Shown here piece by piece: positions 11,620-26,114 of a stretch of 64,000 nt of DNA. Within the stretch, counting starts at the first letter, position 1. Each line of letters starts with the position of its first letter. Source of the DNA: Octopus vulgaris. Its lineage: Eukaryota. Under the pieces are notes generated by a model that ran no database searches, was not told where the DNA came from, and worked only from the letters and a program-made list of their open reading frames with translations. The stretch covers positions 41,354,001-41,418,000 of the forward strand of contig OX597824.1 of the NCBI GenBank assembly GCA_951406725.2, read 5' to 3'. The position numbers and the translations under genes were made by a program.

Positions 11620-12450
11620 CTTTTACTAGCAGGACCTGTGGAAATTCCACTGTGTAAGTCAGCATATTTGAAAACATTGTTATATGTAAACAAAAGCAAG
11701 GAATTAAAATAAAAATTCTTTTGAAATCCTGACATTTAATCAAAACTGTACTTCGAAATATAACTAAGGAGAACTTAGAATGTATTGCTTATTTTCCATT
11801 TTTTTTTAATGTTTGACAGATACGATATGCTTTATAGTTTAAAGAAATAACAAATTAATTAAAATTATAAAACTTATTCATATATGTATCAAAAAATCTA
11901 CGCTTTTTGCTGTCCAATCGCGACCTTCTTTTCATTTCTGTTCAGTTCACTTACATATCTACTTACATATCTATTAATATCTCTCTGTCTGCATATCTGC
12001 TGATATATCTATAGATTCATCTCCGTACAATCTTGAGATATCAATCTTGCTAACTAGCTAATTAGCTATGTCTGCATTCCCTTGTGTATTTGCCTACTCT
12101 CATAATACGCATAAATATTTAAACCAAATAACAAAATAAGAACAATGATGGTGCCCCAGCATAGCTACGGCCTTTGGCCTGGAACATATAAAAGATAAAA
12201 GTGTAGCATCCGCAGCTATTTGCTAACTAAGGTTCTTTCACTTTAATTTAACTATTTATCTATATATCTTTTAATGCATTAATTTATAAATCTTCATGAC
12301 ATTGTATCACTACGTTAAACATTCGACTGCTTCTGCGATTTGATAATACAAATGCAGAATAATAGAGAACTTCTCCTCCTCTCTCTTAGTACTCTCTTCT
12401 CTCCTTCTTCCCCCTCCCCCACTCTCTCTCTCTCTATATATATATATATG

Positions 12451-12580
12451 GAAGAGCGTAGGCTCGAAACGTTAAAAACTTTTTCACTTCCCGAGCGTTA
12501 TACTAATACATCTATTTGTTGTCTACACCACCTGTCTTCGTATTTTGTTTGTTTGGGAATTCTCCCTATATTCATATATA
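12451..12580 (+). mobile_element. Penelope-like pseudo-LTR end with 5'-truncated hammerhead motif (family A)
   Basis: GA a GAGC gtag GCTC GAAAC GTT; embedded between (TA)n tracts; homologous to 3346-3500. Confidence 0.65.
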
Positions 12581-14147
12581 TATATACATATACATATATA
12601 TATAACCCTCCATTGAGTTATTATCTCCCTTAGCGTAAGCGTAGCATACGGACAAAACAGTTCGTAACACTAGAACGAGTTGAATAATATAGACGTTCTT
12701 TACTTTATTGGCCACAAGGACCGAACACAACAAAAAGACAATACGAAAACAAAGAGCAAGTGGGGGAGGGGGGTCTAACGCAGAAGCATTAAAATAACAA
12801 TAATTTACAAAAAAAAAAAAAATTAAACAATTAAATTCCCAAAAGAATGAATGCAAAACAATAGAATTTCAACAGGAAAAGAGCCCATATAGGAAGGAAA
12901 AAACACCATCTGAGGGCCCTAGGTAAAATCTGCTTCACAGTGAGGATCTGGAATACTCTGATGTATGAAATACATCCAGGCTCCTGCTTCCTGTTTACCT
13001 TTGTATAATCAGAATTGGCCTATTTAACTTCGATCACTCTCCTCCCCCCTTCTCTCTTACACACACACGCACATACTCACACATGCACATACACATGCGC
13101 GCGCACACACATGCGCGCACACACACACATACGTGCGCACTCCTCTGTGTTACCAGGGGTCGTCACCAAAGAGGAAAAGTTCTGACCTCAAACATTTTAT
13201 CTGCCTGCATCATACAACTCACTTCGCCATAGTTACAGGGTAATGGAAACTAAAATGCCTTTGCTAGCTAAAGGAAGGCAGCAGATGAGTATTTCCTACA
13301 GAACGGCTAATAGCCTGTTCTCTCTTATACGGCGATGCAAAATCTCAAGTCAGCAAGTGTGCGTTTGGACGGTTTCGTCGCCCTGATCATATCATGGAGG
13401 GGTTCCACTGCTGGATTTTTTGTGTCTGTGAAGCTAATTTGGAACAGGCAATATCCTTTACAGCCAAGCCAAGGACTGTTGAAAAGTTCTCCAATGTTAC
13501 TCATAAATTTATGGATACTAGGGAAATCCCATGAGTAGCTTCATATGTGTATCTGTGTATATAAAGATACACACATATATATACTTATATACTCTAGTAG
13601 TCTAGCTCAATAGTTGAATGATCTATCTCAAGAAGGTTTATAGAGTAACCTCCCTTTACTAAATTTCTCGAAGCATCTGTATCATGAGAAGTAATTCTTA
13701 ATTATTCAAGAAGCTTAGCGTTTTTCTTGGAAGTTTCTAGAATGTCTAGCGTTCCATTAATAAAAAACAGCTTGGTAACCCTGCTCTTCGCTTCTTAGTC
13801 GATTAGTCTTAGAGCCATTCACGTCATTGCTATGTCCGTCTATTTCTTTACGCCACATGACTGAAAACCACCTATTTCTGAACTTTGTTGCATAGATTAT
13901 TTCATTCAACTAGATTCTACAGCTTGATTATGTACCATCATCGACCAATAAATAAAATATATTTTTATGTAGAAAATATATAGTTCTTAAATTTATTCTT
14001 CTTCTCTGTGAGAATTCTTGTAATAATATACACGCAGCCATATCAATACTCGATACTAAACGTATATTTCCACTACAATGTGTATGCATGTTATTGCTGT
14101 GTTATAGCTGTACACATATACATACACACACAAATATGTATTGTCAC

Positions 14148-14195
<48 letters not shown>

Positions 14196-14201
<6 letters not shown>

Positions 14202-14864
14202 AATCCAAACGGGAAACAAAAAAACAACAACAAGGGAACAATTACAGTATTATTATTAATAGGCGCTCAGGAAAAGGAAGCAGGGAGGTATGACGTTTCG
14301 AGCGGAGCTCTTCGTCGGAAACATAAAGAAGGAAGAGAGAGGAAAGAAAGATCCCGGAGCGGGCAACGGAGATAGAGAAAAAAACGGCTGGTGTTAGCAG
14401 AAGCACATGGTGAAAGGCGGATGTTTACGATAACAAGAGCAAAGTGGGTTTTTAAAGGCAAAAGAGTGGAGACAAGGTTGGTAACGCAACAGATGTGTGT
14501 GTATGTGTGAGTGTGTGCGTGTGCGTGTGTGTATGTGTGTGTGTGAGGCGAGGTAAAAAAAAACAAAAAAAATATATGTATGTGTTAGTGTGTGCGTCTG
14601 TGTGTAGGCGTGTGAGGTAGGGCGAGACGGTGGTCAGCATAGCAGCAGCATAGCAGACAAAGGTCAGTAGTGAGAAAAGGGAGGAAGGAGGAAGGGAGGG
14701 AGGGGAAGGGGTGGGGGCGTATGTAGCGTGCCAGCGTGTGTTGAGTAGTAGTGTGTGTGTGTGTCCAGTGTCGTGGTAGTATTAGTGGCGAGTAGATTGA
14801 ATGTGTGTAAGAGTGATGTATATGTTTAAGCAATGTGTGTATATGTGTGCGCGTGTGTGTAACG

Positions 14865-14896
<32 letters not shown>

Positions 14897-16589
14897 GTTT
14901 AGGAAAAGGACTCCAGCGGAGGGGAAGATGGAGGAGTGGTCCCGCGGAGACGGGCGTGGGAAAACCCAACGACAAGCGACATCCCAGGAACGGGCGGGAG
15001 GTCTCGTCGGATCCAAGGGCGAGGTGCATGCGGGCGCATGCGTGCGCGAACCGGCGCAAACGCGTGCGTGCGCGAGCCTGCGAGTGTGCGCGTACGTATG
15101 TGTGCGTGTGGATGTGTGAGTGTGTCTGTGTGTATGTCTGGGTGGCAGTGTGTCCGATGAATGTATGTGAGTATGTGTGTATATATGTGTGTGCATGGAT
15201 GTATGTCCGTGTGTGTGTGTGTGTGTGTATGTGTGTATGAGTGTGTATGTATGTACGTGTGGGTGTGGGGAAGTGTGTGTATGTGCATGTGTGTGCGCGA
15301 ACATACAGGTGTGTGAGTGAGTGCGTGTGTGTGTATGTATGTGTGAGTGTGTATGTATGTGTGTGTAGGATGCATGTATGTGTATGGGTGTATGTATGCG
15401 TGTGTGTATGTATGTATGTGTACGTGCGTGTGTGTGTGTGTATGAGTGTAGGTGTGCGCGTGTGCATGAGTGCATGTATGTGAGTATGTGTGTGTGTGTG
15501 AATGTGTGTGTGTATATATGTGTGTGAGTATATGTGTGTGTATGTGCGTACATGTGTGTGTGTGTGCATGTGTGTGTGTAGGTGTGTAGGCGTGTGTGTA
15601 TAGGTGTATGTATGTAAGTATGTATGGGTGTGTCCGTGTATGTGTGTATGTATGTGTGTGTATGTAGCTGTGTGGGCGTGTGTATATGTGTGTGTATGTA
15701 GGTGTGTAGGCGTGTGTATATAGGTGTATGTATGTATGTCTGGGTGTGTCCGTGCATGTTTGTGTGTGTGTGTGTGTATGTGTATGTAGGTGTGTGTGTA
15801 CGTGTGTAATGTATGTGTGTATGCGTGTGTATGCGTGCGTGTGTGTATGTAGGTGCGTGTGTATGTGTGTGGGAGTGTAGGTGTGTGTGTGCGTGTGCGT
15901 GTTTATGTTGGTGTGTGCGTATGTGAGTGTGAGTGTATGAGTGTTTGTCATGCATGTGTGTGCGCGTGCAGGTGAGTGTGTGTGTAAGTATGTGTGTGTG
16001 TATGTTTGTGTGAGTGTGTATGTGTGTATGTCTGTGTGTATGTATGTGCGTATAGGAGTATGTAGGTATGTGTGTGTGTATGTATATGGGTGTATGTATG
16101 TGTGTGTGTGTGCATGTGTATAAGTATATGCGTGTGTGCGTATGTGTGTGTATGTGTATGTGTGTGTGTTTATGTATGTGTGTATGTATGTGTGTAGGCG
16201 TGAGTGTGTAGATGTATCTATGTATGGGTGTGTGTCAGTGTGTGTTTGTGTGTGTGTAGGTAGATGTGTGTGTCTGAGTGAGGGTATGGCTGTGTAGGTG
16301 TGTGTGTGTATGAATGTAAGTGTGTGCGTATACAAGTGTAATGTATGTATGTGGGTGTGTGTGTGTGTGTATGTGTACGTGTGCGTGTGTATGTGTGTGT
16401 GTGTATGCGTGTGAGTGTGGGTGTATGGGTGTATGTCTGTGTGTGTGTATGTCTGAAGTGGGTATGTGTGTGTATGTATGTATGTGTGTGTGTGTGCGGG
16501 TATGTGTGTGTGTGTATGTGTGTGTGTGAGTAGGTGTGCGTGTATGTATGTGGGTAGGGATGCATGCGAGTGTGTGGGTATGTATGCAA
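14196..16589 (-). mobile_element. ~2.4-kb hammerhead-ended Penelope-like derivative, tandem copy A
   Basis: Starts at (TA)n with a pLTR-like end homologous to 26115-26330, hammerhead motif at 14287-14323, GC-rich block 14900-15080, long degenerate (GT)n body; repeated at 16691-19076. Confidence 0.75.
14287..14323 (-). ncRNA. Hammerhead ribozyme-like motif (family A)
   Basis: TGTTT CCGACGA a GAGC tcc GCTC GAAAC GTC ATACC; U4>C core variant, palindromic ACGT stem III, GUC triplet. Confidence 0.6.
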
Positions 16590-16647
16590 CAGAATTTATT
16601 CTTCACGTACATATACATAATCATATAAGTTCCTGCACTCATACACA

Positions 16648-16690
<43 letters not shown>

Positions 16691-16696
<6 letters not shown>

Positions 16697-19076
16697 AATC
16701 CAAACGGGAAACAAAAAAACAACAACAAGGGAACAATTACAGTATTATTATTAATAGGCGCTCAGGAAATGGAAGCAGGAAGGTATGACGTTTCGAGCGG
16801 AGCTCTTCGTCGGAAACATAAAGAAGGAAGAGAGAGGAAAGAAAGATCCCGGAGCGGGCAACGGAGATAGAGAAAAAAACGGCTGGTGTTAGCAGAAGCA
16901 CATGGTGAAAGGCGGATGTTTACGATAACAAGAGCAAAGTGGGTTTTTAAAGGCAAAAGAGTGGAGACAAGGTTGGTAACGCAACAGATGTGTGTGTATG
17001 TGTGAGTGTGTGCGTGTGCGTGTGTGTATGTGTGTGTGTGAGGCGAGGTAAAAAAACAAAAAATATATGTATGTGTTAGTGTGTGCGTCTGTGTGTAGGC
17101 GTGTGAGGTAGGGCGAGACGGTGGTCAGCATAGCAGCAGCATAGCAGACAAAGGTCAGTAGTGAGAAAAGGGAGGAAGGAGGAAGGGAGGGAGGGGAAGG
17201 GGTGGGGGCGTATGTAGCGTGCCAGCGTGTGTTGAGTGGTAGTGTGTGTGTGTGTCCAGTGTCGTGGTAGTATTAGTGGCGAGTAGATTGAATGTGTGTA
17301 AGAGTGAGGTATATGTTTAAGCAATGTGTGTATATGTGTGCGCGTGTGTGTAACGAAAAAAAAAAAAGAAAAAAGGGGGGGGGGGGGTTAGGAAAAGGAC
17401 TCCAGCGGAGGGGAAGATGGAGGAGTGGTCCCGCGGAGACGGGCGTGGGAAAACCCAACGACACGCGACATCCCAGGAACGGGCGGGAGGTCTCGTCGGA
17501 TCCAAGGGCGAGGTGCATGCGGGCGCATGCGTGCGCGAACCGGCGCAAACGCGTGTGTGCGCGAGCCTGCGAGTGTGCGCGTACGTATGTGTGCGTGTGG
17601 ATGTGTGAGTGTGTCTGTGTGTGTGTCTGGGTGGCAGTGTGTCCGATGAATGTATGTGAGTATGTGTGTATATATGTGTGTGCATAGATGTATGTCCGTG
17701 TGTGTGTGTGTGTGTGTATGTGTGTACGAGTGTGTATGTATGTACGTGTGGGTGTGGGGAAGTGTGTGTATGTGCATGTGTGTGCGCGAACATACAGGTG
17801 TGTGAGTGAGTGCGTGTGTGTGTATGTATGTGTGAGTGTGTATGTATGTGTGTGTAGGATGCATGTATGTGTATGGGTGTATGTATGCGTGTGTGTATGT
17901 ATGTATGTGTACGTGCGTGTGTGTGTGTGTATGCGTGTAGGTGTGCGCGTGTGCATGCGTGCATGTATGTGCGTATGTGTGTGTGTGTGCATGTGTGTGG
18001 GTATATATGTGTGTGCGTATATGTGTGTGTATGTGCGTACATGTGTGTGTGTGTGCATGTGTGTGTGTAGGTGTGTAGGCGTGTGTGTATAGGTGTATGT
18101 ATGTAAGTATGTATGGGTGTGTCCGTGTATGTGTGTATGTATGTGTGTGTATGTAGCTGTGTGGGCGTGTGTATATGTGTGTGTATGTAGGTGTGTAGGC
18201 GTGTGTATATAGGTGTATGTATGTATGTCTGGGTGTGTCCGTGCATGTTTGTGTGTGTGTGTGTGTGCATGTGTATGTAGGTGTGTGTGTACGTGTGTAA
18301 TGTATGTGTGTATGCGTGTGTATGCGTGCGTGTGTGTATGTAGGTGCGTGTGTATGTGTGTGGGAGTGTAGGTGTGTGTGTGCGTGTGCGTGTTTATGTT
18401 GGTGTGTGCGTATGTGAGTGTGAGTGTATGAGTGTTTGTCATGCATGTGTGTGCGCGTGCAGGTGAGTGTGTGTGTAAGTATGTGTGTGTGTATGTTTGT
18501 GTGAGTGTGTATGTGTGTATGTCTGTGTGTATGTATGTGCGTATAGGAGTATGTAGGTATGTGTGTGTGTATGTATATGGGTGTATGTATGTGTGTGTGT
18601 GTGCATGTGTATAAGTATATGCGTGTGTGCGTATGTGTGTGTATGTGTATGTGTGTGTGTTTATGTATGTGTGTATGTATGTGTGTAGGCGTGAGTGTGT
18701 AGATGTATCTATATATGGGTGTGTGTCAGTGTGTGTTTGTGTGTGTGTAGGTAGATGTGTGTGTCTGAGTGAGGGTATGGCTGTGTAGGTGTGTGTGTGT
18801 ATGAATGTGTGTGCGTATACAAGTGTAATGTATGTATGTGGGTGTGTGTGTGTGTGTATGTGTACGTGTGCGTGTGTATGTGTGTGTGTGTATGCGTGTG
18901 AGTGTGGGTGTATGGGTGTATGTCTGTGTGTGTGTATGTCTGAAGTGGGTATGTGTGTGTATGTATGTATGTGTGTGTGTGTGCGGGTATGTGTGTGTGT
19001 GTATGTGTGTGTGTGAGTAGGTGTGCGTGTATGTATGTGGGTAGGGATGCATGCGAGTGTGTGGGTATGTATGCAA
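16691..19076 (-). mobile_element. ~2.4-kb hammerhead-ended unit, tandem copy B
   Basis: Nearly identical to 14196-16589 (offset 2495 at the hammerhead) with scattered substitutions; hammerhead at 16782-16818. Confidence 0.75.
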
Positions 19077-20616
19077 ACATACGCAAGCGCACATCCGAAG
19101 CAAGCCCACACACACGAAGCGCGCTCACGCACACAACGCACAAGCAGTGCAACAATTGTGTATGAGTGCAGGAACTTATATGATTATGTATATGTACGTG
19201 AAGAATAAATTCTGCCGAATTCTCTTACCTAGATATCAAACAATGTGTTTCGCGATGTGGACTATCTAAAATGTATTTTGTGAAGCATATGATCTTTCTT
19301 GTCTGTCTAGCACACTGGTAGGTGAAGAATCTAAAACTGTATTGGATTAAATAGGCAAACCAACAGTTTATATAATTCTAGAGTTAATGCTGTTTGGGAT
19401 TTTATAGACAAGACACCAATCCATATAATTCTACTGTTAATCAACGTTGTGTCGATTTTAATACAGAAAGCGGCAGTCGATATATATAATTTTAAAGTTG
19501 GCAAATGTTGTCTCGGATTTAATAGCCAAGACATTTATCTATACAATTTTAATGTTTAATGTCTGTAGAAATATCAAAGATATGAAATAAGAATAAAGAA
19601 TACCGTTGTTTGTATTCATAAAATTAGTTAAATGATTCAATAATTAAAATGAATGCAAATTATGACGTCATAGCAGAATATTTTCTGTGTGACAAGTCGC
19701 GAACGAAAATTTTCGAAATTCATGATGACAAAGAGGGAAGAGGGGCCAGACACGATATTAATTAGCGTTCATACTTTTCTTGTGGCTATTAACAGAAGCT
19801 TATCAATACATTACCTCCGTCTTCTTTAAAACATTGGAAAATATTAAAATATTGAAATATATTGATTTCTCAGTTCAACCTAACCAACTAGGTTTGTAGG
19901 GAAAAATTTTCTTTGAGTGAATAATCGACCTTCGAACTTATTTTTATTTTTTCTTACGTTTGTGCGAACTGAAGTTAGTATGTTCATGAACAAAGCAATC
20001 TTTTACTTCCGATACGCCATCTTTATTTTACCAGTTCTGTTTGAAATTCCTTATAAATTCCTTTATTTTCTCACATTATGAAGACGGATATTTGGTGCAA
20101 AAATGAAGTTGTTTTTCTGTTACAAAACACAACTACCACACCACAATTAAATTATTGTGGAATAATGATAGAATTTTGAACAAAATGCCCTGCTACCTTA
20201 TTAATTCTGAATTTTATTCGCGTTAGAATCAATTCTGTTTTTCAGCTCTCGATGCTTGATAAAACATGCTCAAGTTAATAGTAGCAGTTTCAACTGAAGC
20301 GACTACACCAGTATGTAGAAAATATGTGATACATGTCAAAGTAAAATTAAAATTAAGGTTAGTAACTGAGAAGAAATGGCATAGTGTCTGTAAAATATTA
20401 GGGTTAGATTCTACTGAATAAACACTTCTTGGTACATGACAGGGATCCGGCTGCAGTAATCTGGTACTTATGTACCTAGTCTGATAGTCTTCCTATGAAA
20501 TCAATGTGAACAGTACAGATATAATTACCAAAGACAAAGGAAAACTGGTGTATTCATATAGATTCTGAATCTCCTCAGAAAGAGGTCGAGATTACTTGTA
20601 TACACACAGACGCGCG

Positions 20617-20651
<35 letters not shown>

Positions 20652-20876
20652 CGTATAGTAATAAACAAACAGACATTTGCTTATTACTATACGTTTTGAC
20701 TTCTCAATACATATATATATATATATAAATTTAAAATAATAAGGGTGAAAAATTGAATATTAATTTGATTAATATCAATTTAAAACCAGTGGTCTAGCAT
20801 ATTGAAAAATCTGAAGATTCAGAAAAATTATATTACATACATACATATATAAGTGGTCATCCCTCTTATATGTATG

Positions 20877-20924
<48 letters not shown>

Positions 20925-21160
20925 TGTAAGATAAGTACAAGGGTCTTCAAAAGAACTTAAGCATCTGTTGACTCCCTTCGAAATTTCAAAACTCTTCATC
21001 ACAACTCATGATCCTACTTTAACAACATCATGGTCTGGCACTTCATATCTTGGATCTCTGGAAAAGACATTTGAGAAGAAGTTGTGATGCATTTGAGAAG
21101 TAGTTGTGATACAGGTCTTCTCTGCACTTTCCAAATTTCCCCGACAGTGGAGGGTGCGAT

Positions 21161-21196
<36 letters not shown>

Positions 21197-21564
21197 AACA
21201 GACAGACAGACAGAGAAGTACCAATGCCGGACAAGATTATTTACTGCATCTCAGTTGAGGAATTTATATATCTTGGAGTAAAAACATAGGTCGACAGTTC
21301 GAATCAGAAAAGGAACCTTTATACAGTTACTCAGTCTATGAAAATTAACTGACAAGTCTACTTTAATCATACACGGGTATTCTTTTTTTTTTTTAAATAA
21401 AGGGCATTGAACAACGTAGACATGAATATACAAAAAAACAAAACAAAAGCAGATAGTAATGGCTAGGGCTGGAACATCGTGTTCAAGCAGAGCTGATTTG
21501 GGGCTAAAAACAACAAATACCGTTGCTGCTTGAATTGCCTTTTATTACAAATTAGAACAGGGAC

Positions 21565-21618
<54 letters not shown>

Positions 21619-22565
21619 CAAAATCATAATAATAATAATAATAATAATGATAATAATAATAATAATAATAATAATAAGGATAAACTATTTTACATGATTT
21701 GATCCATTGAACTCTACATTTCATTTCGTCTACAAATTTCTAGGCCTTGGGTATCATCAAAAATAAGTAAATAAATAAATAGAATTAATTAATTAATCAT
21801 GAGCAGACGGAAAGATTATTGCTCAAACAACTGAAAAGAAAATAAGTAAAAAAGGGAGAGAAAATTAGAAAGCGAGTTTTAATTAATATATAAAATGAGT
21901 AATAAATCTCTTCGATTTTTCTACTTTTTAAACCAAACATATCAATTACACTTTTGTTACTTACTTAGTAAAGCTTTCTATTAAAGGGAGAAACAAAAGG
22001 CTATAAACCTTTATACAATGGCGATTTCACCTCAAAAACAAAAGCAACAAAAAATATCAAGCCAGTATTATATCTGAATAAGTATAATCCCAATGTCTGT
22101 CTTTTGTTTGATAGAAAAATTGAAAGGACGGTAGAGGTTATACTGAATAAAATAAAATATATATAAAAAAGAAAAGATTACAGATATATCTCTTATTCAA
22201 TAAAAAAAGAAGTTTGTGTGTCATCTTACATTCACCGTCGTTTCTCTGCCATCAGATTAAACGTTCTATTATTTATTGTATTGTTTTCGGTTTAAATTAT
22301 TTTGTTAGTTATGTCTTTGTTACCATACAGAAAGTTGACGATCACTTATTCATAGCATATTACCCAACAAAATTGAAATTAATTTTAATCCATTACAAAT
22401 ATATGTGGATATGTGTGTATGCATATGCATGTGTGTATACACACATATACTATGAATGTATAGGTATATATATGTGAATGTGTGTGTGTGTGATTCTGTG
22501 TATACAAATGGATATTTGTTTATTCATACGTATAAATACGTATATAGATAAAACATGTATGCATG

Positions 22566-22596
<31 letters not shown>

Positions 22597-22852
22597 ATGT
22601 ATATGTATGTATGTATGTATACATACACAAAGACATGTATATATATATGATATATGTATGTATATCATGAATGTGTATGTACGTATGTATGTGTATCTCT
22701 CTCTATATATATATGTATATATATATGTGTATACACATACATACACACATCCGATCGTTCAACTGGAAAAGTGATCATGCTTTTCTACACACACATAAAC
22801 ATACATATATGTATATACGTATATATATAAATATATATATATGTATGCATAT

Positions 22853-22891
<39 letters not shown>

Positions 22892-24040
22892 ATATATATA
22901 TGTATATATATATATATAATATATATATATATATATACATAGATATATGCATACATGCATACATTCATGCAAGCCTGTATGTATGTATAGATATATATAT
23001 GTATATATATATATATTTGTGTGTATATGCATATATATTATGCAGATACGCACGCACACGCGCGCGCGTATACACACATACACACACATATATACATATA
23101 TATATGTATACATATGTATATACACACATATACTTACCGACATCAATACACGCAAAGGTCGTACTTAACAAATAACTTGTCACATATTTTCCTAGGCTAC
23201 AATATTTCATGTTTTAGATATCACTGTTATTCACAAGGTTTAAATGAGACGAGAAAATATTTGTTAATTGTTCCGTTCTCTGCAATGGCTTTATCTTCAA
23301 GTGATTTCAATTTATTCATTATAAATATTTTTGCATTTTTATTGTTCAGTATTTACTTTTCCCTTGTATCCATTCATAATTTCACATTGTCTTTATTTCA
23401 GTTTATATATGTATTTTACGCTTGCATTTAATACAAAAAAAAAAACAACCCAAAAAACCCCAAAAACCCAAGGGGTTTGGTGCTGATATTATTGCTGCGA
23501 CAATTTTTTTTAAGTAAGGAAGAAACAAACTGATTATTCGTTTATTTATGTATTTATATAATTGCTTGTTTTTAAGTTTTCAGATTTTATTTAAGGGGTT
23601 AATAAGCTTCATACTCTTCGATATCCCAATCTTTTCCATATGTATTTTATTTTTATTTTTCCGTTTATTATTTTTTTCCGGAGCTGCGTACTGGAGATAA
23701 TAGCTGGGAAGAGGAGAATATTTAAATAGATTAATTTTAAACAAAGAAAATACATACATATACATACATATGCATATACATATATAAATATATATCTATA
23801 TCTATATATCATATATAATATATATATACATATATACATACATATATATACATATATATATATATACATATATATGTATACATATACATATGTATATATA
23901 CATATACACATATACATATATATATATATATACATATACACATATATATATACATATATATACATATATATACACATACATATATATACATACACACACA
24001 CACATATATATATATACGTATATACGTATACATATATGTA

Positions 24041-24076
<36 letters not shown>

Positions 24077-24116
24077 ATGTACGTATATATATGTAGCATA
24101 TATTTGTCTATATATA

Positions 24117-24161
<45 letters not shown>

Positions 24162-24343
24162 AATATATGTATATATATATATATATATGTAATATGAAAC
24201 GAACTGAGACAAATCACAAAAAGAAATTCGTTCTATCTGAAAATTGTAATGTGTATGTCGATCTATATTCTATTAAATTCATCAAAGTACTTTTAAAAAA
24301 GAACATTAAAAAATTATATTTCATATAAAAAAGCAACATACAT

Positions 24344-24386
<43 letters not shown>

Positions 24387-24608
24387 CTACACACACATAT
24401 ACACATACATAGAAATAGGGAATGAGAGAGAGGAAAATGGAGGGAGGGAGAGAGTGAGAGGGAAAGAGAGAGTGCAAATGAGAGAGAAAGTCTGAGAGAA
24501 AGGGCGAGTGCAGGAGGGAGAGAAGAAGAGGAGAAAGAGAGAAAGAAATTAAGACTCAGAGACTAATATATGTATATACATATATATGTGTGTGAGAGAG
24601 TGTATGCA

Positions 24609-24668
<60 letters not shown>

Positions 24669-24780
24669 TACACTCGCACACTGAGTTGACGCAGATCACC
24701 CCACCGTATCTTCGTTCGAGACGTCAAGCCATGAATGCTTTTATGAGGCAAAGTGTCTGCAAACACATTGGTACTCAAAG

Positions 24781-24954
<174 letters not shown>

Positions 24955-25049
24955 CAGACAGATAGACAGAGCTAGCTTTCATACTTACCAAACTCTCTAA
25001 TCACTCGCCTTTTCATTCTCAACCGGAATATATTGGGATCTTTGGAAAC

Positions 25050-25736
25050 ACTCTACAGGCAAGGAAGGGTGTTTCCCCTGCATAGATTATTTCTTTCTCT
25101 CTGGCTTAAATTGATGAAGCCGATTTGAGCCTGTCTTATGAAACATTCAAGGAAACCAGCTGGATCTGCTTCAAACAATATCAGATTTTTCCTTGATGTT
25201 ATCAGACTGGTGCGCTTTTGATCAGGTGTCAGAAGTTGTGGTATCCCCCGAGCAGAACCCTTCGTCATGACAAGTTCATTGTGCAGAATATTCTCAACTC
25301 TCTCACGGGATATGCTAATAGCTTTGGCTGTTTGATTTATAGGCAATCACTTATCATCCATCACCTTGTGGTGAACACGATCAATGTTTTCCTCAGTGGT
25401 GGCAGTTGCAGAACGTGCAAATCTTGGGTCATCTTCAAAACACTCTCTTCTGCTCCTAAATTCGGTTGCCCACTTTTGTACTGTTGATAAAGTTTAGAGC
25501 CTCATCTAATGTAGCAATCAAGACAGCATAACTGTCCTTGTGGCCTAAACCATTTTTCTGCGGGTACTTGATAACACTACGATACCAAATTTTGTCCCAT
25601 TTTCAGAAGACAGTTATATTTGAAGCCTTCTTTGAAGTCTTCTTTGAACAGTCAGACGTCATTTTACCATACAAAATTTCACAGCTCAAGCATAATTCTT
25701 TCATAGTCAGTCTATGAACTTTACAGGCCAAGCTTG
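25050..25736 (-). mobile_element. mariner transposon, decayed 5' half
   Basis: ORF 25053-25346 ISRERVENILHNELVMTKGSARGIPQLLTPDQKR (HTH plus WVP-linker region); TIR-like TACAAGCTTGGCCTGTAAAGTTCATAGACTGAC on the minus strand at the right end. Confidence 0.8.
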
Positions 25737-26045
25737 TATTTCAGTGAAAATTACTCTTAATCCTAAAGTCAGAAGATGTGAGTGGTGAAGACAGATGCAT
25801 TTATTCATGACTTCCATATGGTTACCGGTGTTTCGTAAACTTCATCATATAATTTCAATTTCAGAGTGTAAAAAATTATACGAATTTGCTTGCATCAATA
25901 TGTATGCTCAATACGTATACAATACACAAATTAATGCAAAAGAAACACAACTCTTCAAATCACCGGAACATAATGGTTACATATGCAGTTCAATTCTTTC
26001 TTTCTTTCTTTCTGTCTGTCTGTCTGTCTGTCTGTCAGTTTGTGT

Positions 26046-26109
<64 letters not shown>

Positions 26110-26114
26110 TATAA

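Noticed and set aside
13560-13960. LTR-like composition (also ~35760-36150 on the minus strand)
   Set aside because: No paired LTR, TG..CA ends, PBS or TSD could be identified.
14585-19141. Long His/Thr-rich ORFs up to 622 aa
   Set aside because: Arise from (CA)-rich alternating sequence; open in several frames; no domain.
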